A program made the position numbers and the translations under genes. The notes beneath the pieces were generated by a model. The model made no database searches, was not told the origin of the DNA, and saw only the letters and a list, made by a program, of their open reading frames with translations. A stretch of DNA of 64,000 bases, taken from the NCBI GenBank assembly GCA_041663425.1, contig JBAYMS010000003.1:1959-65958 (forward strand), in the 5' to 3' direction. The DNA comes from Candidatus Omnitrophota bacterium (GTDB lineage Bacteria > Omnitrophota > Gorgyraeia > 2-01-FULL-45-10). Position 1 is the first letter of the stretch. Every line of letters starts with the position of its first letter. This document shows positions 31,501 through 35,800 of this stretch, in pieces.

Positions 31501-32660
31501 ATCTCGAGAAGGTCGATCGATTCGTAAAGTGTGATGTAATCTGTGTATGCTATGAGGCTTGAGTAGGGTTTGGGATCTATGGCGTAATCATTGGCAAGAC
31601 CCTGGAGGAATACGTAATACTCTCCCTGGCTTATCTTGCCCTGCTTGAACGATAAAGACTTTAAGACGAGCTTCTCAAGATCGGGTTTTGTGGCGGTCTT
31701 GCTTACTGTGTCTATGAGGGCATCTCGTTCCTTGTTGGCCTTATCGAATGATATGGATTTTTCTGAGGAGATGGATTCGACGAGCTTGGCAAGGTTGGGA
31801 TAATTCTCATAAGAGATGCCGAGCTTTTTGGCTAAAGAGTCTACGTAGTTCCATCTTGCCGTAAATGATACTGAGCCGTTCCTGCTAAGCACCGAGTTGG
31901 ACTCCAATGCCTTGAGATCTTTCGAATATACTTTGTCCTGTATAGCTTTTAATGTATTTAAAAGATTGTTGATATCGCCTGATACTTTTTGATTTATCTC
32001 GCAGATCTGCCTGAACTGCTCTACGTTCTCTTTGTAAAGCTCTTTGTTCTCAATGCCGTATAATGCTATGGGCTTATTGCTTGTGACGGAATAGAACTCT
32101 CCGGCAGACATCTTACCCTTTGCCATGAGGTATTTGGCGGTATTATTACGGATCTTTTCATCGGGGAATGTCTTCAATACGGATGTATCTATATAGCCTG
32201 AGGAACCTTCTATAGCTACTAACTTAAGATCATAGTTAGTGACTAATGAATCGAGAATGGATGATATTGATTCCTGGGCAGTTAATGATGAGTGGGCATC
32301 CTGGATGTTAATGATGGTTTTATTATCGCCGTTATTGCCATGATAGACTTCTTTTGTTACAGCGACATCTTTGGGAATAGCTATATTAGCATTTAAATTA
32401 TTATTATTAATAGGGGTCTTGACATTAAAAGACCCGTTTGATGGTTTTGACCAAACGGGTGTGCCTTCCTGCGCCCATACTATGTCCTGATTTATAAATG
32501 CGACTGTTAAGGTAATCGCCACCAGCCTGATCCACCACTTATTGTTAGGACTTTGCCAGTCCATGATAAGTGATTTCGAACCAAGCTCTTCGCGTATTGA
32601 GTCGCCGCCAGTTGAGACGACCTTTCCGCCTGTAAATGTCATGCTTTGCCAAGCCAACAT
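7578..32660 (-). CDS. Giant polytopic multidomain protein (8,360 aa), gene A
   Basis: A single uninterrupted 25-kb reading frame, which cannot arise by chance at this AT content. Recognisable domain motifs run along its whole length (see domain features). The stop TAA is at 7580-7578. The start is ambiguous: the first ATG is at 32660 with a weak AAAGGAAAA upstream, and alternative in-frame ATGs lie at 32642 and 32561 (MDWQSPNNKWWIRLVAITLTVAF signal-anchor). Confidence 0.9.
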   Translation of the reverse strand: MLAWQSMTFTGGKVVSTGGDSIREELGSKSLIMDWQSPNNKWWIRLVAITLTVAFINQDIVWAQEGTPVWSKPSNGSFNVKTPINNNNLNANIAIPKDVAVTKEVYHGNNGDNKTIINIQDAHSSLTAQESISSILDSLVTNYDLKLVAIEGSSGYIDTSVLKTFPDEKIRNNTAKYLMAKGKMSAGEFYSVTSNKPIALYGIENKELYKENVEQFRQICEINQKVSGDINNLLNTLKAIQDKVYSKDLKALESNSVLSRNGSVSFTARWNYVDSLAKKLGISYENYPNLAKLVESISSEKSISFDKANKERDALIDTVSKTATKPDLEKLVLKSLSFKQGKISQGEYYVFLQGLANDYAIDPKPYSSLIAYTDYITLYESIDLLEIFEEAKYLEDAIKEKLYTSPDQRKLHDILKCVSFVRDIFDLKLTNSDFEYLEKNIAICNAECISGFIKEESLKYDIPIEGSYDLNNIFSNIPAAISFYTTAEKRNHTILSNTISRMTKEGQTVAALITGGYHTRGISDLLKAKDTSYLVILPKFDASKGERPYVAILTNKKENYEEQLESGKYQLLTEDYLKDSIQDPGKVEAFIKDIIVTNLKQAKSQGKNVRNIAELWIESYKDSYDELVKKGIIKPHHPATKTSPIQISQNESTVIHEGTIGDQHIAPTANFAQGDAPSPEAFAEAVRAEASIITAPRYQSSLKETKDLVDDVASRMAASGKDFDTVCRILRIEGDLKESIREEVNRRMAGMEKTEEIVPVPSQPLPQKRDLTIDDLINEGYQFTVEDVFDNEAGASFKNLKVFKDGIQINEVRVHFYPITEYKTIVFTQFFPFPNLENAGGRGRALMKFLLNRPEYAGYHIISTMPTTSFQKSFLRVGEYNPVAQIESNPAHRMPDFENRKNEFLTLRDAMITKFRSGGARVEAFLAESWSKTNIHGTVEKTSETVIPQAPVVSEQPSTIPSNLAPAEVVPETAKAAAPAAGINPVIKGFMIAVLMGGMLAAEAGMALATSTPWYLRKIKIGMGQVPVTAPSDLKKAQMPVDVDIPDIKVPEEIKKPGVPAPAEKQKKEVRPVKRTFSERIRIVMLNFLYSVGILGIFSWAKRRERGAPKNAVETAGVLVSGFDIKVAMGDSLISRRRVDKSAEARAVIKSLFKDLNFIIANSPISEKDAKKLWVKLDGLNKEFCIAQGGKVTQEDVQMSKDIESLLGQIEKSVAALPGEPLSVLAVNVEEAVIDKIVDRIRGDKMGADDISYIISAEKRPGIADEYTRGIQRDVSNIVASVMKSVGPINDDEYVELLGRIWAKMLLAEQLQPEGGGPIAPEGMTPFIWRGAVEGDGLVHYLHDRGWSYRAISGLAGFEELFFSALVGAGAFLADCTGFGTSTGIIFGALLSIFLFQAAHWRGVYIITEDGRPVYSPSHPDMINIITLLGAALRVINIVPFLFLPVYPATTLSVFSGILGHAFYNVKISQWLSKKTSTHFPVGMAGVTGEGQPVKADLHKELANNDWELISRPRSNDETPCYVYHCRGFIVHVPVAQLSLVSAQTAINNLGTRFVPTTKLEGVTLPNRVIDDIRPKVPARFRDRMIWSPPSTVYVEDEIVPIVGLDAEYMKVGSRFVENGILETLSKGSSEDVETAKTIIDDYFRALEDMWEAGIFNHDVLLVNAGVSLDPSAQEKNKRIKVCFFDLGGFVTMNTQKEAEELAKTYIPKLIERNEEEDIQDASIDIQNYFIEQAGKRLTVENLMAHWQKGFENGFASRAKAPEAGFVPVAELTIPKDAVKARYGSLTGIFGSGYSPFAHAPVFEEAAKVWLPMAFTGGYSFAALSISAAIFTILHIFNERAPPIKGRAISEITKDYSSYIFRVFTAPFIVSVAGIIAASYFSSNYHLAVLVSMAVHLGVNVIVAVINVIKNKKILLYAALGGGRGLPASDKQEADRIVSKLFADIANDAIKPQRQAELEEEVAVMLRRVVAEGRVVMVEELLDYAVSQMAKKGNALEGKQGKGDAFYVLFPSILLNIAKKGTMPEIVGILLAKAEEYGLKALEFCKRTGEMKADLEEIYAAMKDVYVEQKNYEKLAKLAYEYLLLKISEPSPKTGWLAVLAMASDMLGDWETSRIILEFIVYREGPPPVESIYSAQALLKIYVRQYLFAEEDIPDKIKKIAAKYVAIADEMCAKNMINDSMRNYTKLEMLKRCAEADLMMGDDKNVSKAFDLLERLRADYPANGRIDTLYCNAAIKLACSLRGKDDARAAELFKMVSETFEEAEIAMSDTKMMPSAEQDAEREMFRISLECNKGNFSEALEKRCAAVLDKGSDEQIIRALPYYIDILSHLGKADAADAAAINLFKRMHTHDKNYFLSGGVILPFDIFMGLSNEQRKLLMDKADNTISDIDGWGAVPDDAFAAMINFRLQFKSDPSRGMRKMLDDKLRERELTPEILSKIKVIAAAFNERDGSDAMLWVKSLIQHYGNIPLSNSLNEFLRKELAADPLADKKLDNVFVISNFCGRGLKETYALIAKEYSDIFSRYFTEKNDDPVSVLCLQDESGQRIVKASGIIGLTPLKHDHLLDVVLEHFKIISWDMPKKREFENRLEAMFEYINNNYEVQKTAKQRDKKSRAEFRSFFDTLDKATDSKLIRIANRLYTRLGRIASNAGMYRRAVKFFERTSFLRDFARSKGVVRISADDLYVLTSYAMALQYLGEKADIEKADYIWGVWSDNISKMVKNHGWTEEDGTVVSPARDVLDAISRIDINAAFVAAIHNPDIYAAIRNAVTVYTPPIVENNMMSESVPMAFWAYILEDRDNFKKLAEVIAVNQQYYPTENDEVNLLNMLLLQNLAHMYKSEGRFSEAEAMSKISGGFINKVVSEKRRENITLQHMLMDVFAGRNDDAVEVLNESVDMALKNEGYETAFQMNVVGAIAFNAKGDVRAAEKCLKDAIAFEGKEYGNRRNVVNSRRADGSSRFSYPMLIKLLPDEWAQKIVDMLTDLLLNESDEPLSQDSMHIICNILSVLSGSLDFSRIIGYLEKIASGEIKIDNKEDVARVMRIAEFAAEIGLNEKGNKVYIALSDLSHSEKVKGELKDKMRVFLSSIKKELSADAYKSTVDSLYKSALYKNAAELMNTRADAASILGPLRDEILAAVAQWEKFEKQYKDSNFEGASVTAQALLGRNQGDRAAKIAGEDAGWCIYAGEALRDPSIDGRNIDEALSALGSIMEERKQKIAEERLLKVQGLLAEAQSKIAERRYGEASAIVANICRVKPVLGVQIDENSPALTRLIQRIEECRDNIAEHTKNIRDAQDVETVLKESRLLLQYPEEADKTAVFELLTQKAIDEFNKAGKIDKKEKAAREKAYKAALDMARAIFELGDFSPAKAHLEKAQKIISQAAANIWLPELMDDYFIAKAMMLSEAERDKKTRQGMHISQDAAAEFVFEQVSVRNGFLYVSGFKHPTTGQKIDIANFVRRGDSFKVRPAKSNQKELQPFFRVRYVGEDTIKFEQPKVRAGYDQLLMQWSYALNEGGKLVMVKDNVWQRQCEMLAAIIGRLKVSTKQSIGEGESFGLATTGRPIADRSLGILIDVPDKARASSIAEKRNAIERDLIEPLERMLKYPLDSEQKEALIDGLCEEIPITLIQGPGGTGKTMVITLLAKLIVENQKKRLRLLSQQNDALDNILKVLKDIDGLFSEQERSGVKQIPFARVGNNEDAVDPQILGDWENKAAALDNIIQKKAPNLVCGTVNGFFGDRDVRDRQELMKTDYVIVDESSRATVPESLWALWMFTNLSDVKKAIFVGDQDQLPAYGISKEDIAAALRDLSGQSEIVGWSEVGENRPLAEVFETDVVERFKISLLEKSLDLYDNTVFKVTRPSFRFLDIQRRSGTLVVDEENYFYNGRLKAGREETGTLVRDHYAISDGQGLTDKRIYQEKIVSSERARKDTADRGIVNIGEVSRVVTWVNWLLNERNLAPDDIAVVTPYSKQVDLVSDTLLEYSKLHAYLMAVEEGRDEGISTERREEMAGLLRAALITPNFDKQEFSGKDMVSIRLADLYKGQDLEKNRSAIIEFIRRPIGANARRVRNILRLGDHFLEEEELNNGLFSVKTVDSSIGSQWKAVVRSWVRSNDMGDVGFLARKEGWKRRNVLIGRAKARKEGLAMGAAIDIMSANTFINARDREVSAWAKHERAIFEKAEAYPQCQFFHDGKGTIIEGSQVGMIGKYDPVEGAVPQYNAPENRLTGLLKDRETGNVIDLSKADFVGRAPPRNIKTILDDIKKHNNPVANAIIDTYLKSFKGNVILLSHPGDPVISFATPDLIVISKTISDNPVALFHEIAHSAIMLNPGLVLAIKNYLKETAPDELEIMMLKAGSNPDKHVEEHYLLRALQWHVFGAEDRELTKKIKDPYASASDGVEPSAVASILYEKIAAKIAAFARHKTFTLEDLNNIIWALPKDQMPRDNNNKPRAFTDEEIFAILEKANNKLIESGVPVSDISRKYNMLDPIEYFRYQLIYHRQSLYMDMTHLDRLISNLPSFFNAADIKHGEFPVFLARDAITAAEFMKYYGMANGYSAAGALVYQPGMNNNAIVSDYVPDSGIEMVQRATEKAKAHSIQKLSNAVIGRGGRMPSKKTDAFYASYHPELVNEISAYFKDEMIKQWNSDPALAKEAELLFEQMRRSGITDHKDILLMDMAATGKTILYVKSVLEYFGRKNNVDINVRVFVGYSHDRKMLLPEVSLFNSEFDPAGRPFRDQDWPFYRSGRDSNTGDPVFTLNKDRAKILTHLYRSLKLYNTAIENSEKIDSLKAPVAGPAFINEPFFDFKEKILISIAGTAGAIAGVGTFVAIVAMHWEYDYITIALGSLFAFGGGAVALCFAFGLACGAMMAVEKILSHRKIEREKEPGQLQKDISGFFMKYSGLPEGTEKRISEVTAETERLANILNNKTPAAGMIPMVRAFLRSAEKTPLKWLGLTEHYQAFWEQLGFFALTQAFTLMNYFGGAIGAIFVSWAIFYAAHSIEVGGIRAPPTKSVFKIFAFNVLASLAVAPFDFSEILANPALINTPFGIIAILLNLLEFVLTTNIHHIANMDYLKSEKNVKQAESVSMWESTLVQREKFLSDKAAAPRQLHAPMLLLAAAGSPFAKGVNDAINAGIEFFKQNPGTSLALVLAVFILTDAIAFLSLFSRSAPVVRHDKAKTHMLRSVLITAIGLGAVYAFFNWPQVQDLINKAMKFFASPDKAGIPIMGVAGLIYFGKDNMDDGEEGGDLRTAKTIGIFGIIFLAACYFVPVVAVAIIAILGVALIFQVVSMVLRRGKALSDEEAAKLKDEANEYYQEGVLCLEGFKNAQHPDPAILSEAIVDFSKFIGILKRLREGRISLGSHFINMMLPLRSNKYAEIEELIADLKDKDWRDLCLSRLKEFDEIMLKAKFVNKIETHNKRSGFTTIEVSAALAMVGLITALTISVFFGISIIGPSEFLHSYLYFASGALPSWLVGSSLFASFGVAAVGMTYLRSGMLSKLVELVRGWIFGKTYPGTEAKSEKYFSERPSFKEMEILDKAIGCYREGMDDVKNVERSVKEGESVNVELLKDAIGSFKDSASDYLKFFDTFQHIPQTLSLLDSLADMEILFGDRGRVKALISRIGDPDEKALVMAEAKECGAIIKACRIAAEDLNKKHRALFRGRGVIGLILITVLAGAAYFISPVMAKVIFIGGFGAVASVILGSGSSDEEKIAAAKKIFEEAMRRFNTKSSYYKYVSDIKNSVSGASIGFAEDNNFYTSGSRILLPASARSADSRQITRLLIRAGMLQMVQKSETDPQKAKALIPQAKKIAGEIIARTTLAITAEEAEEVAGEAIGPVEKPAIAATDHKPEIKKPSKEDHKLIKALLTYGTEHGGDMSSSWTLYRDDLANTLDGVDRNSIARLLERLLSAYAVVCYSQSVQYADKGIDAETARNILSINAGRTLSEVMASYLNSSGPGDSGYGAKKVQLIYNSAGIDTDNVTDRIDGSVARRAFIETLKTLDVSAITASELRSASPSNAQSALGQATAALLTGPASQAEGGGGFAALLTESMKQRPLLLQGPAGAKAAGQSDRAIQEEYMTRLSSDQGYVVGATLLKEELIENIKKSKSLKDLKDKIRNNAERIKKNTKISYARRDKKTESGMSELSEWLLFMHSILIMPEVLKEFNKLIAREKLNISRLAKEAGLDVFAAEELKVVILFTVILKALYGDSAKPESRLVMSNLNNIAEERGLALFGVIGRYWVGVEQEISQGEDISDQAKTERAARAAAERRERIRQDSEDKAKDAAAQEIARREFAEMDAQRRAGTASETETRDEGVISEEAPREEVVFKPAEEVAPKPKSVERAPVEGQKVVAAKDASAVSIKKVSSSPLFEDFIERLRSFNLDKNTVLILDGDIEGAKKLIMEIVSGQVLDNEEYKKWHRTIMLSIHPDHRVKAPVSLAVSDELYKLLQPLLEFPATGKGWEMGMLGTSLKRIRAMLDAENAAKPTLLVTLQNAVTDMGERLKVLTEQFDSFDKRLKKVEDIAGQATPETPPSDQKGFTLIPVLTASIVAGLFIAYFIIPIAQLGFAQFLSDYIYFASNDIFSVLPYLANNGIGIGVLTMVATKTPALDKIYKPEYVMKNNLLLPDKTVIVLTPTKQKKLDEIKRDCQVSLSALRNITSVTDVIALEEKGELKAHLDNIFFIDETGIVLSVDDEKALKKAALLILTKSGNKEAHSKAYRLLIKVNVSFKYDIKELEMILGSIDAFKTQDDEFSRRIINIVALDLASLSEEWYVVYLNIVKRLDRYHKDGVPNMPKDMTFGIEIEMALLNSNNINDKNIAATNVLYDGLDRFATEEGLKDQGWVIKRDGANIEVTTGEGGLPNNREGFDRLNSGLRKIMEYVDRNRNGLMLSQGLHIHVGSKKKFSDDSLKALTFIGKSMEYCWSKFAYSHSILTFDEIALLGSSYTEKNETPFYFDTKYGRTHNVALNTFAPAPIKLGQDEYFGRMQLTIAVAMAIVHNALTRPQEFNIIHTGLPLYQHAIYTPDHSVLLRRHINHLFGNNPEGIIAFLQLFSDTGNTPPLPADMADEQDEAVEKFYRGQGLGLSYDEHIKKQGWNDEFIDKMRIGLDDKPAKELKNIAIDGVSIVENNTIDPGLRISAMNALHDSASRGQELAVTALNNLTPTLLSIIKNSAIDQDLRNSAMNGLHDSASRGYVPAIAALSSIVENSAIDQDLRKFAISILWNSASRGHAPAVTALNDLTPTLLSIVENSAIGWRLRIGAIGGLSDSASRGHAPAVTALNDLTPTLLSIVENSVIDQDSRRFTIDILSDSASRGHAPAVTALLSIIKNSAIDQDLRNSAMNGLRDSASRGYEFAVTALSEANRAGFVSTAMVIALALLTGLVFVSMPYLAAIAQFGFAQFLSDYIYFASGYFTAAAPYFANSAIGLGALMMIRAARDHSFQSGNEEGISDFIRDNEYLVRQIAQYYKKKYPYLSEDKLVSAGLHGNSNNSIGGLWKAAITFKPELGFQRSTWAAKIIHTEMRNHNVTERRRIARESVSSNIIDMEHLEDRPGDEAVREAEFVNRKVRLQQIFDELKISPRNREIFERAAQGQTPKEMVSVFHITSGQISEIIRKIISGAKDSLRQGDHGGYSRAGSAALPVILSITVIGILLAYFVIPIPKDIVILPHLINFISLYGVAVLGAAYSGRPSGAVSPIVQLDHGFFNEHFKFQEKLSMANRLVKQWGAMRFRYEGPEQKLANGVVLENGHDYVVKAALDSKNSDFIIRRQAEILANKINRNNINSSIPNLVGLLDVRGTTLEGEFYGDALITEYVKGESLWNYVSKNFVLHQEEGNDDKFIDLALAVLDAYKKTYFDNGCVAGDINPAGIVISPGESLHGADRVVFIDNDSVSPITDEVAADSYRKSILRNNYISVKRQREGRAAMPQDDVVALAIILGEMLNFRLDIEASHNRERSAKTPLIASKGDRVKILAEIFNRYINESDDRYAINGLIGEVQALKERPAAGLVIGVPKSVTPEQEEGLRESFRRSGLNIEVRRVDLPKELELKNNQAGIYIDETIGFSPEENERIVREAATMKLANDYGIILRMTSIDDAIRNEIDATIKALLPDLGKVDLEQAILNYLSARPNRTEMLERQERLAKLRRLIAERKSDEKVQAAYYKSVPRVKDMLSEDRPVVIVTSEKSNLSDPYTVDNINEAAEQGITTYIIGGDEVKTETEAFAILNSSGSIKDVGRVRFINKHDYASYDDMMGGIAKQMNTERKYIGVRAARGELLKENEKPGEEKFLELDEIDINGTKVLAAIHSYATLVSLVVSGEKELPPGVIDDLKMSGRFKFRPILPIGIEKEISSYRNAVLLLSSAA
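8900..9500 (-). other. Protein-kinase-like fold domain 2 (APH/Kdo-like)
   Basis: N-lobe YVVKAALDS (beta3 Lys) and RRQAEILANKI (alphaC Glu). Hinge LITEYVKGESL. Catalytic loop GCVAGDINPAGIVISPG (9061-9120; HRD replaced by AGD, with Asp and Asn retained). VVFIDNDS (DFG-like). Confidence 0.45.
9790..10290 (-). other. Sigma-70 family domain (region 2 + short linker + region 4; ECF/group-3-like) embedded between TM hairpins
   Basis: LVSAGLHGNSNNSIGGLWKAAITFKPELGFQRSTWAAKIIHTEMRNHN matches region 2.2-2.3 (G-L-x-K-A-x-x-x-F-x-x-x-x-G-x-x-F-S-T-[YW]-A-x-x-x-I). LKISPRNREIFERAAQGQTPKEMVSVFHITSGQISEIIRKIISGAKDSLRQ matches region 4 (L-x-x-R-E-x-x-[IV]-x-x-x-R-[FA]..T..EI[AG]..x.[IV][TS]..x[IV]..I...[AG]...LR). 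Coordinates 10100-10260 and 9835-9950. Confidence 0.65.
10590..11290 (-). repeat. In-frame tandem repeats (6 units of about 102-135 bp) encoding PBS-lyase HEAT-like repeats. Two adjacent units are nearly identical.
   Basis: The DNA unit ...CCGCGGGAGGCGGAGTCA..TCCTGATCGATGGCGCTGTTTTCAACAATAGATAATAATGTAGGTGTAAGATCATTAAGTGCGGTGACGGCGGGTGCGTGG recurs. Units 10780-10908 and 10909-11037 are about 95% identical. They encode DQDLRNSAMNGLHDSASRGHAPAVTALNDLTPTLLSIVENSAI repeated. Confidence 0.75.
11300..12300 (-). other. Glutamine-synthetase-like / GCS2-family (YbdK-type) carboxylate-amine ligase (amidoligase) module
   Basis: PKDMTFGIEIEMALLN (12251-12278) and LSQGLHIHVGSKKKF (11971-11994) match the GCS2/amidoligase G-[IV]-E-x-E and G-x-H-[IV]-H-V-G signatures. 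Spacing is about 95 aa. Confidence 0.4.
15590..18260 (-). other. Polytopic membrane region of gene A (about 10 predicted TM helices)
   Basis: Successive hydrophobic 20-25 aa segments, for example AGTAGAIAGVGTFVAIVAM, ITIALGSLFAFGGGAVALCFAFGLACGAMMAV, GFFALTQAFTLMNYFGGAIGAIFVSWAIFYAAH, IGIFGIIFLAACYFVPVVAVAIIAILGVALIFQVV, GVIGLILITVLAGAAYFISPVMAKVIFIGGFGAVASVILG. Confidence 0.6.
18633..18675 (-). other. PRPP-binding (type I phosphoribosyltransferase)-like motif
   Basis: DILLMDMAATGKTILYV resembles the PRTase loop VLLVDDVLATGGTL. Single motif. Confidence 0.2.
19707..19721 (-). other. HExxH (HEIAH) putative zincin metalloprotease active-site motif in gene A
   Basis: Context LIVISKTISDNPVALFHEIAHSAIMLNPG. 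A hydrophobic stretch followed by HE[IL]xH[AS] mirrors the HELIH site in gene B. Confidence 0.35.
20260..22430 (-). other. SF1B Upf1/Sen1/DNA2-like helicase domain (AAA_11/AAA_12)
   Basis: Motif I ITLIQGPGGTGKT (21762-21785). Motif II YVIVDESSRAT. Motif III AIFVGDQDQLPAY. Motif V IAVVTPYSKQVDLV. Motif VI VDSSIGSQWKAVVRSWVRSNDMGDVGFLARKEGWKRRNVLIGRAKA (20262-20325), compare Upf1 FQGREKDFIILSCVR...GFL.DPRRLNVALTRAK. There is an insertion of about 100 aa between motifs V and VI. Confidence 0.7.
22500..26900 (-). other. TPR-like / all-alpha repeat region of gene A
   Basis: About 1,400 aa of amphipathic helices with recurring A/L/Y/G/K patterns (for example AYEYLLLKISEPS, LYCNAAIKLACSLRGKDDARAAELF, AEFAAEIGLNEKGNKVYIALSDL). 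There are no TM helices. Confidence 0.5.
27540..28100 (-). other. Protein-kinase-like fold domain 1 (atypical; Kdo/RIO/APH-like)
   Basis: GIFNHDVLLVNAGVSLDPS (catalytic-loop-like, with H-D....N) at 27661-27695, then RIKVCFFDLGGFVTMN (DFG-like DLG) at 27597-27640. Confidence 0.4.
28260..28600 (-). other. CPBP/Abi (CAAX-protease-like) intramembrane metalloprotease motif triad within a TM cluster
   Basis: FEELFFSALVGAGAFLA (motif 1, EExxx[R to S]) at 28569-28589. SIFLFQAAHWRG (motif 2, FxxxH). FSGILGHAFYNV (motif 3, HxxxN) at 28266-28280. All three lie in predicted TM helices in the canonical order. Confidence 0.45.
29950..30330 (-). other. Possible GNAT-like acetyltransferase motif region
   Basis: TQFFPFPNLENAGGRGRALMKFLLNRPEYAGYHII (30121-30180) resembles GNAT motif A (R/Q-x-x-G-x-G/A). 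This is a single motif only. Confidence 0.25.
31000..32330 (-). other. N-terminal signal-anchor plus Tiki/TraB/GumN-like domain of gene A
   Basis: WWIRLVAITLTVAFI TM helix. Then IINIQDAHSSLTAQESISSILDSLVTNYDLKLVAIEGSSGYIDTSVLKTFPDEKIR ... ALITGGYHTRGISDLLKAKDTSYLVILPKF (GxxH..G at 31105-31125). About 40% identical to the gene 3 N-terminus by eye. Confidence 0.4.
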
Positions 32661-32745
32661 TTGGGAGATTTTCCTTTTTTTAAAGCTTTTCTACTTCTCT
32701 ACTGCAAACCTGTTAAAACTAACTTTTGTCATGTCTTACGTATAT

Positions 32746-32773
32746 ATTATATCATATAATACTAACTTGTCAA
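32746..32773 (-). promoter_or_regulatory. Consensus sigma-70 promoter for gene A (TTGACA-16 nt-TATAAT)
   Basis: Minus strand reads TTGACAAGTTAGTATTATATGATATAAT. The -35 element is at 32773-32768 and the -10 at 32751-32746. It lies in the 198-bp AT-rich spacer about 85 nt upstream of the gene A ATG. A weak AAAGGAAAA lies about 12 nt upstream of the ATG. Confidence 0.55.
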
Positions 32774-32858
32774 TATGCTAACTCTAACTTTTTGAAATAC
32801 TAATGCACTCATAAACTATTGATTTCCAAAATGTTATATAAACAAAATTTGGTTTTAT

Positions 32859-35800
32859 TTACACGCTTATTGCCGTAGCTTTGATTGCCGTAAATATCTC
32901 GGATATCGCCCTTCCCACGTTGGTTATGAAGCCGAACCAGCCACCTATCCCACCGAGAATTTTTTCGATAGGCGCAAATTTTCCTTTAAGGTTTTTGTCA
33001 AATCCCAACGCTATAAAGCACGGGGATCTCTTCACTGCAGCCGCCGCAACTATTGCACCTATAGGCGCATCCTTCTTCTCGTTGATCAGGATATATGATG
33101 GTATGCGCTTAGCATTTTCACCGCGGTAATAACTCAGGTCGCTGACGATATCGTCTATGCGGTCACCCTCCGCTTTCACATCCGCGATATACACTCTGTT
33201 GGCATCCGGGATCCTTGCCCCTATCTGCGCAGAAAGAGATGTTCCGTCACCAATAATAGGAAGCTTGATCATTCCCGGCATAATGCTCTGCATCTGCGCG
33301 ATCAATTCTGCATATTTTTTCTCATCACCAGGTTTTACAAACATAACCGTTCTTATAAATTTCTTGTCCCGGACCGCTTCTAAAAGTTTTGCTATATCAC
33401 TGCGTGCAGTTTCCTTGCCAAGCATAGATCCGTTAAATGCAAGGACAGTAATTCCATCATTTCTGGATATATTAAACGCTGCGGAATAGAATGCTGATTC
33501 CATACCGTTATTAATATTGCCGTTTGCATTAGTCCAATACTGCGAGGCGGCGATCGCTTCATGGTTTGCAAGTATTTTGCGAATCTCCGTCGGAGATTTG
33601 CCGGCAAGGTAATTCACCAGCTCGCCGTTCATACTCTTAATATCTGCCTTTTTACCGGCACTAAGCGCGGCGACATATTCTTTTACCCATTCATTTAATT
33701 TTTCTGGTTCCGTAAATTTATCGGGAACGGATGCGCTGGCCGGTAACGCAGTTATTGAATCCACAATAAGAGATTCCACATTGAGCGACCGTGCCTCTGG
33801 CAGGCTGGCTTTGATAATATCGAATATCTCAACTAAAGTATTGCGTGTAAGATTAGACATGTTGTCCGGACTCAATCCGGCCATATAAGTATTGGCAAAC
33901 AGGAACGCCTGGGCGCTCTCTTTATCCGCTATACTTGTTATGTCTCTTATGGCCTGCCCGTCTATATTCGACAGGTCTATCAGGACGCGCTTTGCAGCCT
34001 GCGGATAATTGGCTTCGAGATACTTAATGCCATCGCTGCCACCCTGCGCAACGGATACAAACTTCACATTTTGCGGGGCAGGCCCTATCTTTTTAAAGTT
34101 TTCCGCACCGGCCACTACACCTATTACCGCATAATTACTTTCCGCGGCCTTCCCGTCGATAAATCGACGCAGTTCTTCCGTTAACAGTCCGGTCAATTCC
34201 CGATGTTCTCCCACATTCACCTGAGTAACTCCTTCATAATTTTCGGGGAACAATATCATCTGTATCTTCCTTGCTATCTGATGGCCTTCTTTAGGATTTA
34301 TCTGGCTAAACCTATAGCAGATAGCTTCATGTAAAAGATATTCAGCCCTCAAACCCAACGGCAGCGCAGAGAGAAGCTCGAGACTATACCCCAGAGTATC
34401 TTTTGTCGCGAAACCAAGCGCGTATTCTTCGCCGCTATTCACTATAGCTTTAAATCCGATGATGGTTTTCCCTTTTTCTGAGACCAGGTCATCCGCGGCA
34501 GCACGGATTTGATCAAGCATAACTTTTCGCTCTACACCGAGAGAATCCGCAAGCTCAGCTATCGCCGTCTGTTGAGAAGCGCTTAATTTCATTTTGGAAA
34601 TAATATTAATTATTGTCTCCGGTTGTTCCCGTATATTTATAGGATTCTTGCTTATATGTGCCAGAACATTATCGAGAGACATCCCTCTCATTATAGCGCC
34701 ATGGTCCTCGGTTACACCTGCATAAGCAGCTGGCGTTTCAACAGCCGTAAGATAATTAAGATCCCAATCAGATTCTCCGCCTTCGACAAGACGTTCGTCT
34801 ATGTCTTTTCTTAAGATCTCCAGCTTAGATATTCCGTCGGCAAATTTGTCGTAATTGGCCTTGTTGGGTGAATGCATATATTCAGTGTTATAATAACCTC
34901 TCGCCTTGGTAAGGTCTCCCGCCTCATCTAAAAGCTCCATGATAACGATAATCCTGTATAGCGACTCTTCGTATTCCCCTGCCTTGTCCAGGTCATTTTT
35001 AAATTTCTTATGCGAATTAACATCTTTTGAATTATAGTTTAATGCGCGCAAATACTTTCCGGCTATCTTAAGCGCTTCCGCCCTGTCACGCCCAGCTATT
35101 GCCCTGTCAGTGGATGAGAGCTTGCGCGTGATCCAATTCCATCCGCCTACGATCCATTTGCCCTGCGCCAATGCTATCTTAACGTAAGCCAAAGCTATTG
35201 CAGATGTTTCAAATCTTTCAAGCCTGCCCGCTTCTGTTAAATTCTTAACGGCCTGAGCGTAATCTCCCTTACCTATATTAAGATAGGCACGCGAGATAAG
35301 TGTTTTTGCCGTAATAATTTTTGTCTCAAATCCATTATCCGGGAATTTCCCGGCTATCCGGGATAGCGCAGATTCAAAGTCGGGGACATTCTTCAATTCA
35401 TTAAATTTCACCCTAGCAAGAGATTCGCTTATCGCTTCCACTAAAGCTACAGCTTCTCCGACGGAGGCAATGCGTTCGGGTATAAGATATGGAATTACGC
35501 TGAACACCTGGGACTTAAAAGCAGACTGTATTAATTTTATAACTGCCGGAGGCGAAATATCACCGAAATAATCAGCTATATTCTTATATATAGTCAACCG
35601 ATCACCAAATGTTTCCCAGTAGCGGCTCATCACAGAAAGGACTTCTTCTTTATATCTCTGATCCATATTAGGCAGGTTTCCATCTTCCAGAATATCCCTT
35701 ATACGCCAGCTCAAATCCATCTGTGATGACTTTAAATTAATAAGGCTATTTACGGCTATTATAGACATCGGCCACGCATCAAGTGCGTCGGTGAAAGCGG

